A DNA stretch of 64,000 bases from an uncultured Verrucomicrobiota bacterium (GCA_964542025.1 CAZISY010000001.1:8749-72748); one strand, 5' to 3'; shown: positions 18,295 to 27,831, counted from the stretch's first letter. Translations and numbers: made by a program. The notes: generated by a model not told the origin, from the letters alone.

Positions 18295-18999
18295 ATGAGT
18301 GCAGCGTATCTTGACCGATTAAAAGCAGCTATTCTCGAAGGGGAAGAGGATGATGCCGCTCTGGCCGCCCGCGAGGCGTTGGAAGCCGGTGTGGCGCCCA
18401 TTCAACTGATCAATGAGGGCATTCAGCAGCCGCTGGAAAAAATCGGGAAGGATTTTGAAAACGGCGAATGCTTTTTACCTGAACTCATTCTCGTGGGAGA
18501 CGCAGCGCGTGCCGCGACCGACGTCATCATGCCGAAACTTTCTGCCGGGGAACGTGCGGATGGTTTGCATGGCACCGCCGTTATCGGCGTGGTGTCCGGC
18601 GATTTGCATGACATCGGAAAGAACATTGTTTCCGCTTTTCTGGCGGCCCAGGGGTTGAAGGTGATTGACCTGGGTTGCGATGTGAGCCCCAAGCGTTTTG
18701 TGGATACGGTGGCGGAGCAGGATGCGCGTTTCATTGTGATCTCCACGCTGCTGACCACCTCCCGTCCATTTTACCGGCAAATCGTCGACAATCTCAAATC
18801 GCGCGGTCTGCGTGAAAAAACCTATGTGCTGGTTGGCGGAGGGCCGGTGACTCCGGCGTGGGCCCGCGAAGTGGGGGCGGATGCCTACGGACGTGATGCC
18901 AAGGATGCCGTGGCCTGTTGCCGGGAGCTGTTGGCTTCCAGCGCAAAAGCGCCGCTGGCCGAACCGCTGATTATCAATGCGCTTCAGAGCAAGGCTTGA
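18295..18999 (+). CDS. Corrinoid (cobalamin-binding) protein cognate to a methyltransferase (MtmC/MttC-like)
   Basis: B12-binding cap helix bundle followed by a Rossmann B12-binding domain with a DxHxxG-type motif (GDLHDIGKN). RBS GGAGGAG. Confidence 0.85.
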   Translation: MSAAYLDRLKAAILEGEEDDAALAAREALEAGVAPIQLINEGIQQPLEKIGKDFENGECFLPELILVGDAARAATDVIMPKLSAGERADGLHGTAVIGVVSGDLHDIGKNIVSAFLAAQGLKVIDLGCDVSPKRFVDTVAEQDARFIVISTLLTTSRPFYRQIVDNLKSRGLREKTYVLVGGGPVTPAWAREVGADAYGRDAKDAVACCRELLASSAKAPLAEPLIINALQSKA

Positions 19000-19044
19000 T
19001 CATCAGCTATCTCATCCCTGTAAAATCCGAACCAAGGAGTCACC

Positions 19045-20430
19045 ATGCACCAGAAGCCTGATATTGTTGAAATTCTGCGCCGTACAAACAGTGGGGAATA
19101 TTGTCCGCTCAAAGAATGGGACGTGAAGCGGATTCCGCGAACAGTCCGGGCCATGCTGAAAAAGTATGGCCTGGAAAAGACGATGAATCCGGAGCAGCCG
19201 GTCAATTTGGATCCGGCACTGGCCGATACCTTTTTCAAAGCCGGTTTCGAGCTGGCACTGGAACTGGGTATGCTGTGCGAGCCGACCGAACGTATTATAA
19301 AAATTTCCGAAGATGAGCTGCGCAGTGCGTTGAAACACGCGCCTTCGCAATTGGAACTCGGCTTTGGAAAAGATAAGCGCATCATGAAGTCGCGAACCCC
19401 GTCGGATCCCTATCCGATGATGTTTGGCGCCTCGCTGGGCATCACGATTTCTGAAGACGTGTGGCCATACTACATTGAAGGCATTGTACGGCAGAAAGAA
19501 GTGGATTTGCTCGAAGGCGGGTCGCTGGTTTCCGTGTTTGGGCTGGATGTCATGCCGGGTACGCCATCGGAAACGCTGCTGGGTTACGTGCAGGGGCGCC
19601 GTCACCGGGAGTTGCGCAAGCAGGGCGGGCGCGAAGGGATGCCGGGCATCGGCAATATCTCGGCGGTCACGGAGTTTGGTCAGTTCTGCTATGGCACCAA
19701 GGGCGGTTTCTATAACACCGACCTTTCGCTGATTTTGTTCCCGTCCGAGTTAAAGGTGAACAATCAGACGCTGCACAAAGTGGTGCATACGCTGGCGATG
19801 GACGGCTTGGTTTTTGCGGGATCGCCGGCCATGATCGGCGGTATGCCGGGTCCGGCGGAAGGCGCCGTGCTGTCCTGTATTGCCTGTGCGCTGCTTCAGT
19901 ATGCCGTGCTGCAGGCGAGTGTCGGCGGCGGAGAAATTTACGACATCCGTTACCTGGCGAATGTGAACCGCGAGGGCCTGTGGGCATTGAGCGTGACGCA
20001 TCAGGCGCTGAGTCGGAATACGCATATCCTGACGCACGGCATAGCCAACGAAGTGTCCGGACCGGGCACGGAAGCCTTTTTGTATGAAATCCTGGTGGGG
20101 GTGGCCGTGATTGCTGCATCGGGTGCTTCCTTTTCCACCGGCCCGCGCGCGGCAGGCGGCAAGCTGCAGGATTACATCACGCCACTGGAATGCCGATTCT
20201 GCGCCGAAGTGGCGCATGCGGCCTCGGGCATGGAGCTTTCGAAGGTCGCTGAATTGGCGAAGCATTTCCTGCCGAAATACGAAGCACGGATCAAAGATCC
20301 GGACATCGGAAAACCCATTCAGGAGGTTTGGGATCTCAGGAATTTCAAACCGACTCCGGAATATCACGCGATCTATCAGCGTGTGAAACAGGAAGCCATT
20401 GACTTCGGCGTGCCGATGGATCCTTTTTGA
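19045..20430 (+). CDS. MtmB-family (monomethylamine methyltransferase family) protein with no amber codon (non-pyrrolysine)
   Basis: Co-linear similarity to methanogen MtmB as I recall it (N-terminal CP-KEWD-KRIP...KKYGL...FKAGFEL; C-terminal TPEY..Y). The 461-aa ORF is uninterrupted. RBS AAGGAG. Confidence 0.8.
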   Translation: MHQKPDIVEILRRTNSGEYCPLKEWDVKRIPRTVRAMLKKYGLEKTMNPEQPVNLDPALADTFFKAGFELALELGMLCEPTERIIKISEDELRSALKHAPSQLELGFGKDKRIMKSRTPSDPYPMMFGASLGITISEDVWPYYIEGIVRQKEVDLLEGGSLVSVFGLDVMPGTPSETLLGYVQGRRHRELRKQGGREGMPGIGNISAVTEFGQFCYGTKGGFYNTDLSLILFPSELKVNNQTLHKVVHTLAMDGLVFAGSPAMIGGMPGPAEGAVLSCIACALLQYAVLQASVGGGEIYDIRYLANVNREGLWALSVTHQALSRNTHILTHGIANEVSGPGTEAFLYEILVGVAVIAASGASFSTGPRAAGGKLQDYITPLECRFCAEVAHAASGMELSKVAELAKHFLPKYEARIKDPDIGKPIQEVWDLRNFKPTPEYHAIYQRVKQEAIDFGVPMDPF

Positions 20431-20510
20431 TCGGTGAGTGTAGAGGATCTCGCGGGCGTGTCCGTCGGAATTGGCTGCAACCATAACAGTCAACAGAAAG
20501 CGGGAGGTGT

Positions 20511-21530
20511 ATGATGAGCAAAGGACCGTGGAAACTTTGGGTCATGCTTGTTTTGTTAGGTGCGGCGGCAGTCGTGCAGGCAGAGCAGCCCAAAAAACTG
20601 AAAGTGGCCTTGATCACCAACACCACCGTGGAAGAACCGTGGAACACGGCCGCGATTCAGGCATTTGACCGGGTGATTGCCTTGAAGCCGCATGGACTGA
20701 ACATGGAGCTGAAGGTGCAGGAAAATGTCGCCATGACGGATGGGGAGCGCGTACTGCGCACCTATGCGCAAACCGGCGAGTATGGCATCATCTGGTGTCA
20801 GGGGCAATATCCGGATGCGGTGGAAAGTCTGCATGAGGAGTTTCCTGACATCTGCTGGGTGGAAGCGGGGTCGGCCTATAAGCCGCTTGGCGGGAATGTC
20901 TATTGGGTGCAGATGTATGTGCATGAACCGGCTTATCTGCTCGGGATGCTGGCGGGAATGATGAGCAAAAACAACACCATTGGTGCGGTTGCGGCTTATC
21001 CGTTTCCGAATGTCAATCTGCCGATCAATGGATACATTTCCGGAGCCAAATCGGTGAATCCCGCGATCCAGGTGAAGATGACCTACATCGACAGCTGGTT
21101 CGATCCGGCCAAAGCCAAGGAGTCGGCCCTGGCGCAGATTTCTGCAGGAGCTGATGTGATCTATGCGGAACGCTTTGGTCCTTTCGAAGCGTGCGCGGAC
21201 AGGAACGTATTCGCGTTCGGACATTACGTGGATCAGAGTTCGCTGGCACCCGATGCGGTTCTGGGATGCACACTGGCTCTCTGGGATCCGGCCATTCAGT
21301 ACATCGTCAATGTATGGCGGGATCATGTGGTGAACGGAAAAGCGTATGATGGCCCGATGGCTGAAATCGTATTCAGCATGGCCCAGGGCGGAAGCGGAGT
21401 GGCCTTGTCGTCCACACTGGCTGAAAAAATTCCGGCGGAGGTTAAGGCCAAATTCGATACCGCCCGGCAGGGCATCATGGATGGATCGCTGAAAGTGCCG
21501 TTCAGCGAAGTGCAGGTTCTTTCCGACTAG
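20511..21530 (+). CDS. BMP-family (Bmp/PnrA/TmpC nucleoside-type) ABC transporter substrate-binding lipoprotein
   Basis: Signal peptide, then the BMP-family fold pattern (KVALITN..., GAD.IYAE). Confidence 0.8.
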   Translation: MMSKGPWKLWVMLVLLGAAAVVQAEQPKKLKVALITNTTVEEPWNTAAIQAFDRVIALKPHGLNMELKVQENVAMTDGERVLRTYAQTGEYGIIWCQGQYPDAVESLHEEFPDICWVEAGSAYKPLGGNVYWVQMYVHEPAYLLGMLAGMMSKNNTIGAVAAYPFPNVNLPINGYISGAKSVNPAIQVKMTYIDSWFDPAKAKESALAQISAGADVIYAERFGPFEACADRNVFAFGHYVDQSSLAPDAVLGCTLALWDPAIQYIVNVWRDHVVNGKAYDGPMAEIVFSMAQGGSGVALSSTLAEKIPAEVKAKFDTARQGIMDGSLKVPFSEVQVLSD

Positions 21531-21547
21531 TCGGGTGAAGGCATTTC

Positions 21548-21581
21548 GTCACGGCGGGGCGAGCGCCCCTGCCGTGACGGA
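21548..21581 (+). other. Intercistronic stem-loop between the SBP gene and the ATPase gene
   Basis: GTCACGGCGGGGC-gagc-GCCCC(t)GCCGTGAC, a 13-bp stem with one bulge and no U-tract. Confidence 0.4.
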
Positions 21582-21661
21582 TCATGCGGGACGGAAATCA
21601 ATCCGGTTTGACGGCCGGGCGGGGAGACGGCTTTTTGTGCAAAAAAACGGCTGATAAAGAT

Positions 21662-23215
21662 ATGAAAAACGAAACACAGAGCCCCGTGACAAGCCGTGAA
21701 ACGGATGAGCAGCCGGTTCTGCTTCGTGTCGAAAACCTTTGTAAAAAATTCAGCAGTGTCCAGGCCAACGACCAGGTGTCGTTTGAGGTTCGGAAAGGGG
21801 AGATTCATTGTCTCCTTGGGGAAAATGGCGCCGGAAAATCCACCATGGCGGAGTGTCTGTACGGCACGTATCAGCCGGATTGCGGCACAATAACGTTTAA
21901 AGGGAAACCGATCAAACTGTCTGCGCCCCGGGATGCGATTGAAATGGGCATAGGCATGGTGCATCAGCATTTTGTGCTGGTGCCGCCGATGACGGTGGTT
22001 GAAAACATTATCATCGGGACGCAGCACAAAGGGTTGGTTCTGAAAACGGCGGATGCTGAAAAGAAAATTCAGAAACTGTGCGATGAGTACGGCATTGATT
22101 TGAATATCCACGCCGCGATCAAAGAGCTTTCGGTCAGTCAGCAGCAGTGGGTGGAAATTCTGAAGGCTCTTTATGTGGGTGTGGAGCTGTTAATTCTGGA
22201 TGAACCCACCGCCGTACTCACACCGCAGGAAATTACGGGTCTTTTCAATACGGTCAAAGCCATGGCGAAACAGGGGCTTTCCGTGATTCTGATTACCCAT
22301 AAATTTGCCGAAGTACTGGATATTTCCGACCGTATCACGGTATTACGGAAAGGAAAGTTGATCGGTACGGTGAATACCCGGAGTGTGAATGAGCGGGAAC
22401 TGGCTCAGATGATGGTGGGACGGGAAGTGGTGTTCCGCGTGGAAAAGGAGCAGCTCGCTCCAGGGGATGTCGTCCTGCGCCTGGAGGGTGTTTCGCTCCG
22501 AAATGCTGCAAAAACAAAGAAACTGGATGGGATCAGCCTGCAGATTCGAGAGCATGAAATTCTGGGGTTGGCCGGTGTTGGGGGGAATGGGCAGCGGTCG
22601 TTATATGATGCGATCATCGGTGTTTCGCCTGTGGATGAAGGGCGTATTCTGCTTTTGGAAAATGATTTGGTCTGTCAAAACGTGGCGCAGCGAATGCTGG
22701 CGGGATTGGCAGGCATTCCGGATGATCGCATTAAACAGGGACTTCTGATGGATTTTTCTGTTCAGGAGAGCATTATCCTGGGGCGTCAAAATCAACCGCA
22801 GTTCTCCCGGGCCGGGTGGCTGTGCAAGCGAAGCATAAGGCAGTTTGCGGAACGGGCGATTGCCGATTACGAAATTGCCGTTCCGCATTGTGATGGGCGA
22901 ACTGCCACGCTTTCCGGCGGCAATCTGCAGAAGGTGATTCTTGCGCGCGAATTATCCAATAACCCGAAGTGCGTGATTGCCAGTCAACCTACGCGCGGAT
23001 TGGATGTGGGGGCGATTGAATATGTGCATCGCCGCCTGCTGGACCTGCGCCGTGACGGGGCCGCCATTCTGCTGATTTCCGAAGATTTGGACGAATTGTT
23101 TACGCTGTCCGACCGGATTGCCGTGATCTACAAAGGGCGAATCATGGGAGACTGCGGGGTCCATGAAATTACCCGTGAAAAAACAGGACTGCTGATGGCG
23201 GGGATCGCTTCATGA
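21662..23215 (+). CDS. ABC transporter ATP-binding protein with duplicated ATPase domains (sugar/nucleoside type)
   Basis: Two Walker A motifs (GENGAGKST, GVGGNGQ), two signature motifs and two Walker B motifs. The start is taken at MKNETQ; the ORF track starts at 21584. Confidence 0.8.
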   Translation: MKNETQSPVTSRETDEQPVLLRVENLCKKFSSVQANDQVSFEVRKGEIHCLLGENGAGKSTMAECLYGTYQPDCGTITFKGKPIKLSAPRDAIEMGIGMVHQHFVLVPPMTVVENIIIGTQHKGLVLKTADAEKKIQKLCDEYGIDLNIHAAIKELSVSQQQWVEILKALYVGVELLILDEPTAVLTPQEITGLFNTVKAMAKQGLSVILITHKFAEVLDISDRITVLRKGKLIGTVNTRSVNERELAQMMVGREVVFRVEKEQLAPGDVVLRLEGVSLRNAAKTKKLDGISLQIREHEILGLAGVGGNGQRSLYDAIIGVSPVDEGRILLLENDLVCQNVAQRMLAGLAGIPDDRIKQGLLMDFSVQESIILGRQNQPQFSRAGWLCKRSIRQFAERAIADYEIAVPHCDGRTATLSGGNLQKVILARELSNNPKCVIASQPTRGLDVGAIEYVHRRLLDLRRDGAAILLISEDLDELFTLSDRIAVIYKGRIMGDCGVHEITREKTGLLMAGIAS

Positions 23216-24282
23216 AAATCGGTTACTACAAGCTTGAAAAACGGCCGCATGTCTCCTGGTTAATCCAGTTTCTTTCCATATTGATTGCCCTGGCGGGCGC
23301 CTTTTTGCTCGGGGCGCTGCTGATCGTGAGTACGGGTGCCGGGGTGGGTGAGGCGTATGCCGCACTTTTCAAGGGTGCCTTTGGAAGCAGAAACGCCTTT
23401 CTGGAAACGCTGGTACAATCCACACCGCTCATTCTGTGCGGGCTGGCGATGATTGTCGCGTTTCGTGCGCGGGTGTGGAACATCGGAGCGGAAGGTCAGT
23501 TCTTTGCGGGGGCCATGGCGGCAGCCTGGGTCAGTATGAACCTGAACGACAAGCTTCCGTACGGGCTGCTGATTGCCGTGATTCTTCTTGCAGCGATGCT
23601 GAGCGGCGCATGCTGGGCGGTAATTGCCGCGTACTGCAAAGTGCGGTTCAATGCCAACATAATCATCGTAACCGTCATGATGAATTATATCATTACGTTT
23701 CTGCTCTCTTATCTGCTCGGCAATCCCTGGCGGGAACCCGGTTCCTACTTCATGCAGACGGCGCGTTTTGAGCCGATCACCTATCTGCCGCGCTTCTTCT
23801 CCAGTCGTTTGCACCTGGGCTTTTTCAATGCGCTGATTGCGGCGCTGGCGGTGTATGTCATTATCTGGAAAACATCACTGGGCTACACCATTCGCGCGGT
23901 CGGCGTGAATCCGGTGGCATCGCAGTACAAGGGCATCCAGATTAAAAAAACCATTTTGATCGTCATGATACTCAGCGGCGCGCTGGCCGGGCTGGCGGGC
24001 GGAGGAGAAATCGCGGGATTGCAGCATCGATTGCGCCTGGATATTTCCACGGGCTACGGCTTCACGGGCGTGATCATTGCGCTGCTCGGACGCTTGAACC
24101 CCGTGGGTGTGATTCTGGCAGCCGTCTTTTTCGGGGCGCTGGTGAATGGTTCAACGCACATGCAGATATTCACCGGGGTGCCGGTGGCGCTGGTGCAGTC
24201 ACTGCAGGGAATCGTGTTGATCTTTCTGCTCATGTCCGACGTGCTGACGCGGTACCGAATCAGGAGGATATCCCCATGCTGA
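23212..24282 (+). CDS. ABC transporter permease (BPD_transp_2 family)
   Basis: Polytopic membrane protein. ATGA overlap with the ATPase gene. Confidence 0.8.
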   Translation: MKIGYYKLEKRPHVSWLIQFLSILIALAGAFLLGALLIVSTGAGVGEAYAALFKGAFGSRNAFLETLVQSTPLILCGLAMIVAFRARVWNIGAEGQFFAGAMAAAWVSMNLNDKLPYGLLIAVILLAAMLSGACWAVIAAYCKVRFNANIIIVTVMMNYIITFLLSYLLGNPWREPGSYFMQTARFEPITYLPRFFSSRLHLGFFNALIAALAVYVIIWKTSLGYTIRAVGVNPVASQYKGIQIKKTILIVMILSGALAGLAGGGEIAGLQHRLRLDISTGYGFTGVIIALLGRLNPVGVILAAVFFGALVNGSTHMQIFTGVPVALVQSLQGIVLIFLLMSDVLTRYRIRRISPC

Positions 24283-25226
24283 CTGATCTGCTCACCCTGA
24301 ATTTTCTGGAAAGCCTGTTGTCGGGCATGATGCGCATTTCAACGCCGCTGCTGCTGGCTGCTCTGGGCGAGTTGATCACGGAGCGGGGCGGCGTGCTCAA
24401 TCTGGGCGTGGAGGGGACCATGCTGGTGGGCGCGTTTACCGGATTTGTGGTGTCCTACTACTCCGGGAATCTTTATCTGGGTGTTTGCCTGGCCATGGTA
24501 TCGGGCGGATTGCTCAGTCTCCTGATGGCGTTCATGACGTGTACGCTCAAACTCGATCAAATTGTCTCCGGACTGGCGCTCAATATTTTCGGCGGGGGTT
24601 TGGCGTTTTACGGCTACCGGGTGGCTTTTCAGGATGTGGGCAGCAAAAATCTGCCCACCATCACTACGTTCAGCGCCGTAAAAATCCCCGGCCTTTCGCA
24701 GATCCCCGTCATTGGTCCGGTTTTGTTTTCTCAGCATCTGCTGACGTACATCGCCGTATTGCTGGTTCCGTTGATCGCCTGGTTTCTGTACCGGACGGTA
24801 CCCGGCCTTACGCTGCGGTGCGTGGGGGAAAATCCGCGTGCGGTAGATATGCGCGGAATCCCGGTGATGCGTTATCAGTATCTGGCCGTCATTTTCGGGG
24901 GCATGATGTCCGGGATGGCCGGCGCCTACCTGACGGAGGCCGCGGCGGGACTCTTTGTTCCGGATATTGCGGCGGGCCGGGGATGGATCGCCATTGCGAT
25001 CGTGATATTCGGCGGCTGGCGTCCGATTCCCATTCTGCTGGCCGCTCTGTTTTTCGGCATGCTGGATTCCTTCCAGCTTCAGGTGCAGGGCATCGGCATA
25101 CGGTTTCCGTATCAGATTTTATTGGCCCTGCCGTATATCCTGACGATTCTGGCCATCATCCTGCGCGGCACACGAACCGGCGAACCCATTTCCCTGGGGA
25201 TCCCGTATCAGCGAGAGAAAAGCTGA
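24276..25226 (+). CDS. ABC transporter permease (second permease)
   Basis: Polytopic membrane protein that overlaps the previous permease by 7 nt. Confidence 0.8.
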   Translation: MLTDLLTLNFLESLLSGMMRISTPLLLAALGELITERGGVLNLGVEGTMLVGAFTGFVVSYYSGNLYLGVCLAMVSGGLLSLLMAFMTCTLKLDQIVSGLALNIFGGGLAFYGYRVAFQDVGSKNLPTITTFSAVKIPGLSQIPVIGPVLFSQHLLTYIAVLLVPLIAWFLYRTVPGLTLRCVGENPRAVDMRGIPVMRYQYLAVIFGGMMSGMAGAYLTEAAAGLFVPDIAAGRGWIAIAIVIFGGWRPIPILLAALFFGMLDSFQLQVQGIGIRFPYQILLALPYILTILAIILRGTRTGEPISLGIPYQREKS

Positions 25227-25228
25227 CC

Positions 25229-25990
25229 ATGAATGGCGTCCGATTATCCTTTCGCGAACTGCCGGATTCGGGGTGGCAGCTTCAAAAGCAGATTACCGCC
25301 GACGACTGGCCGCTGTCAGTGCGCGCAAAGGATGTTCTGAAAAGTCAAAAAATGGACCCGGATCAAATCCGCTCGCGACGCCCGGCCCTTTTTGAAATCG
25401 CCGAGCGCATGCAGCATGAAGCCTCCCGCCTGCTGGCTCCAAAACTAACCTATCGGATTTGGCCTGTGGAGTCGTTAGAGGGTACGTTATACCGGTTGGG
25501 CGGAGGCGCTCTGCTGGATCGTACGCCAATCGCCGAGTATGTCCGGGATGTGCGATTCTTCGTGGCCGTGCTTTTTACCGTAGGCGGAGAATTGGATCAA
25601 TTGGTACGCGAAAAATCGGCCTGTCGAATGGCGGAGAGCCTGATGGCCGATGCTGTCGGCAATGCCGCCATGGCACAGTTTTCGCACATGATCAGCCGCA
25701 CCCTTCAGCGCATGATTGAAAACGCCGGTTCGGGTTCCGCCGGGCTTCTGCTGCAGCCGGGTATTCGCACCTGGCCCCTGGCCGATGGGCAGAAAACCAT
25801 ATTCGGGCTTGTGGACGGTTCTGAAATTGGCGTAGAAATTCATGAGAGCGGCCTGATGACGCCGAACAAAACGTGCTCGGGAATTATGGCCATAGGAAAT
25901 GATGTGACTACGCAAAACCAGATAGCGCCATGTGACATGTGCATGATGCACGATACCTGCCCCTACCGCGGAACCTATACGCATGACTGA
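25229..25990 (+). CDS. Uncharacterised protein translationally coupled to the RACo gene. It may be an accessory of the corrinoid system; an activation-domain-like fold is only a guess.
   Basis: Starts 3 nt after the permease stop. Its last 8 nt overlap the RACo start. C-terminal Cys/His-rich motif CDMCMMHDTCPYRG. Confidence 0.4.
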   Translation: MNGVRLSFRELPDSGWQLQKQITADDWPLSVRAKDVLKSQKMDPDQIRSRRPALFEIAERMQHEASRLLAPKLTYRIWPVESLEGTLYRLGGGALLDRTPIAEYVRDVRFFVAVLFTVGGELDQLVREKSACRMAESLMADAVGNAAMAQFSHMISRTLQRMIENAGSGSAGLLLQPGIRTWPLADGQKTIFGLVDGSEIGVEIHESGLMTPNKTCSGIMAIGNDVTTQNQIAPCDMCMMHDTCPYRGTYTHD

Positions 25991-27782
25991 ACCATCCTGT
26001 GTGATTACTTTCGAGCCGATCGGCCTGCGCGTAATGGCCGGCCCCGGCCGGACATTGCTGGAGGCCGCGCGTGATGCCGGTATACGCATGACGTCGGTTT
26101 GCGGCGGCCTGGGCACCTGTGGAAAGTGCCGCGTTCAGGTCATTAAGGGAGAGGTGACTGCGCCGCGCGGAGACACGGCTCATATCACAGACACAGAATG
26201 GGCCCAGGGCGTGCGGCTGGCCTGTCTGAGCATTCCGCGAGGCGATGCGGTCACCGTATACATTCCCCCGGAATCGCTTGAACTGCGGCAGCAGCTTCAG
26301 GTGGAATGTCAATTCGTGCGCTCCGCGCCGGATAACGATTTGCAGCTGGTGCGCCTGAATCCGCCTGCTCCGACGCTGTCTGATTTGCGCGATGATGTCT
26401 CGCGCATATGCGATCACCTGAAATCCGTTCTGTACCGCGATATCACAATACCTCATGCGTTAATGAAGACGCTGTCCAATACGGTCCGCGCCGCCGGTTG
26501 GGATGCGACCGCCGTCGTGCTGCGCGGAAGGCTCACAGCACTTCTTCCGGCGAACCGAAAACCGTTCGGTTTGGCCGTGGATATGGGTACCACAAAAGTG
26601 GCCGCCTATCTGGTGGATCTGCAGGAAGGGCGCGTTGTGGATTCGGAAGGCGCCATGAACGGTCAGGCGGCGTACGGGGAGGATGTGGTCAGTCGCATCG
26701 CCTGCGCCAACGAAAGCCGCGGAAATGCGGAACGGTTGCGCGCCGTTCTTTGCGATACCGTCAATCAGCTCGTGCAGACACTCTCGGAACGACACGGGCT
26801 GATTCCTGAACAATGGGTGGATGCCGTATTGGTGGGCAACACCGTCATTCATCATCTGTTTGCCGGTTTCCCGGTTCGCCAGTTGGGAATGGCGCCCTAT
26901 ATCCCGGCTGTGACAGAACCCATAACGCTGGAGGCCGAAAACACGGGCCTTTCCATTCATCCGGCGGCACGGGTTTATCTGCCCTCCAATCTGGCCGGCT
27001 ACATCGGGTGCGACCATGTCGCCGCACTGACCGCAGAACAGATTTATGATTCTGATGAAACCGTGATGCTGTGTGATATCGGCACCAATACGGAAATTAC
27101 GCTTCGGCACAACGGAAAAATGAGTTGCTGTTCCTGCGCATCGGGTCCCGCCTTTGAAGGCGCACACATTAAGTTTGGAATGCGCGCCGCATGCGGTGCG
27201 ATTGATCATGTGGTGATTCAGCAGGGACGGGTGACCTGCACGACCATTGATCAGGACCAGCCTGTGGGCCTTTGCGGCAGCGGCGTATTGGATGCCGTGG
27301 CCCAGAGCCTGGCTGTCGGAGCGCTTTCGGAAGCCGGCGGACTCATCGCCGGGCATCCGCTGGTGGAAGCGTTTGGAAACGAACGCGCCGTATGCCTGAA
27401 CCGGGATGCGCCGGTTTTCCTTGCGCAATCGGATGTCAGCGTGATCCAACTGGCCAAAGGAGCCATCCGGGTCGGGATCGACATTTTGCTGGAAGACGCC
27501 GGCATCCAGCCGCACGACGTGAAGCGATTTATTCTTGCGGGCGCGTTCGGCACCTATATCGATCCTGAAAGTGCGTTGACTATCGGCATGTTTCCACCCT
27601 GGCCGTCGGCCGTGATTCATCAGGTAGGCAATGCCGCAGGGCGCGGGGCGGTGCATCTGCTGCTTTCCGATTCGATGAAGCAGCGCGCACGAACCATCCG
27701 GGATCACATGCACTATGTGGAATTGACGACCTATCCAAAATTCAGCCGAAAACTGGCGCAGGCCATGCTTTTTCGTCCGTAA
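25983..27782 (+). CDS. RACo-type reductive activator of corrinoid enzymes (2Fe-2S ferredoxin domain plus ASKHA ATPase, COG3894/DUF4445)
   Basis: N-terminal plant-type 2Fe-2S motif (CGGLGTCGKCRV...C). The remaining ~500 aa is an ASKHA fold with a C-x-C cluster (MSCCSCASGPAFEG). Length 599 aa. Confidence 0.8.
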   Translation: MTEPSCVITFEPIGLRVMAGPGRTLLEAARDAGIRMTSVCGGLGTCGKCRVQVIKGEVTAPRGDTAHITDTEWAQGVRLACLSIPRGDAVTVYIPPESLELRQQLQVECQFVRSAPDNDLQLVRLNPPAPTLSDLRDDVSRICDHLKSVLYRDITIPHALMKTLSNTVRAAGWDATAVVLRGRLTALLPANRKPFGLAVDMGTTKVAAYLVDLQEGRVVDSEGAMNGQAAYGEDVVSRIACANESRGNAERLRAVLCDTVNQLVQTLSERHGLIPEQWVDAVLVGNTVIHHLFAGFPVRQLGMAPYIPAVTEPITLEAENTGLSIHPAARVYLPSNLAGYIGCDHVAALTAEQIYDSDETVMLCDIGTNTEITLRHNGKMSCCSCASGPAFEGAHIKFGMRAACGAIDHVVIQQGRVTCTTIDQDQPVGLCGSGVLDAVAQSLAVGALSEAGGLIAGHPLVEAFGNERAVCLNRDAPVFLAQSDVSVIQLAKGAIRVGIDILLEDAGIQPHDVKRFILAGAFGTYIDPESALTIGMFPPWPSAVIHQVGNAAGRGAVHLLLSDSMKQRARTIRDHMHYVELTTYPKFSRKLAQAMLFRP

Positions 27783-27831
27783 TTTTATAAAACGCTCAGG
27801 GGGGAAAATGATGGCAAAGGAGGGAGAACCG

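Noticed and set aside
19045-20430. In-frame amber (pyrrolysine) codon in the MtmB-like gene
   Set aside because: Checked: the ORF is continuous for 461 aa with no internal TAG, so this is a non-Pyl homologue.
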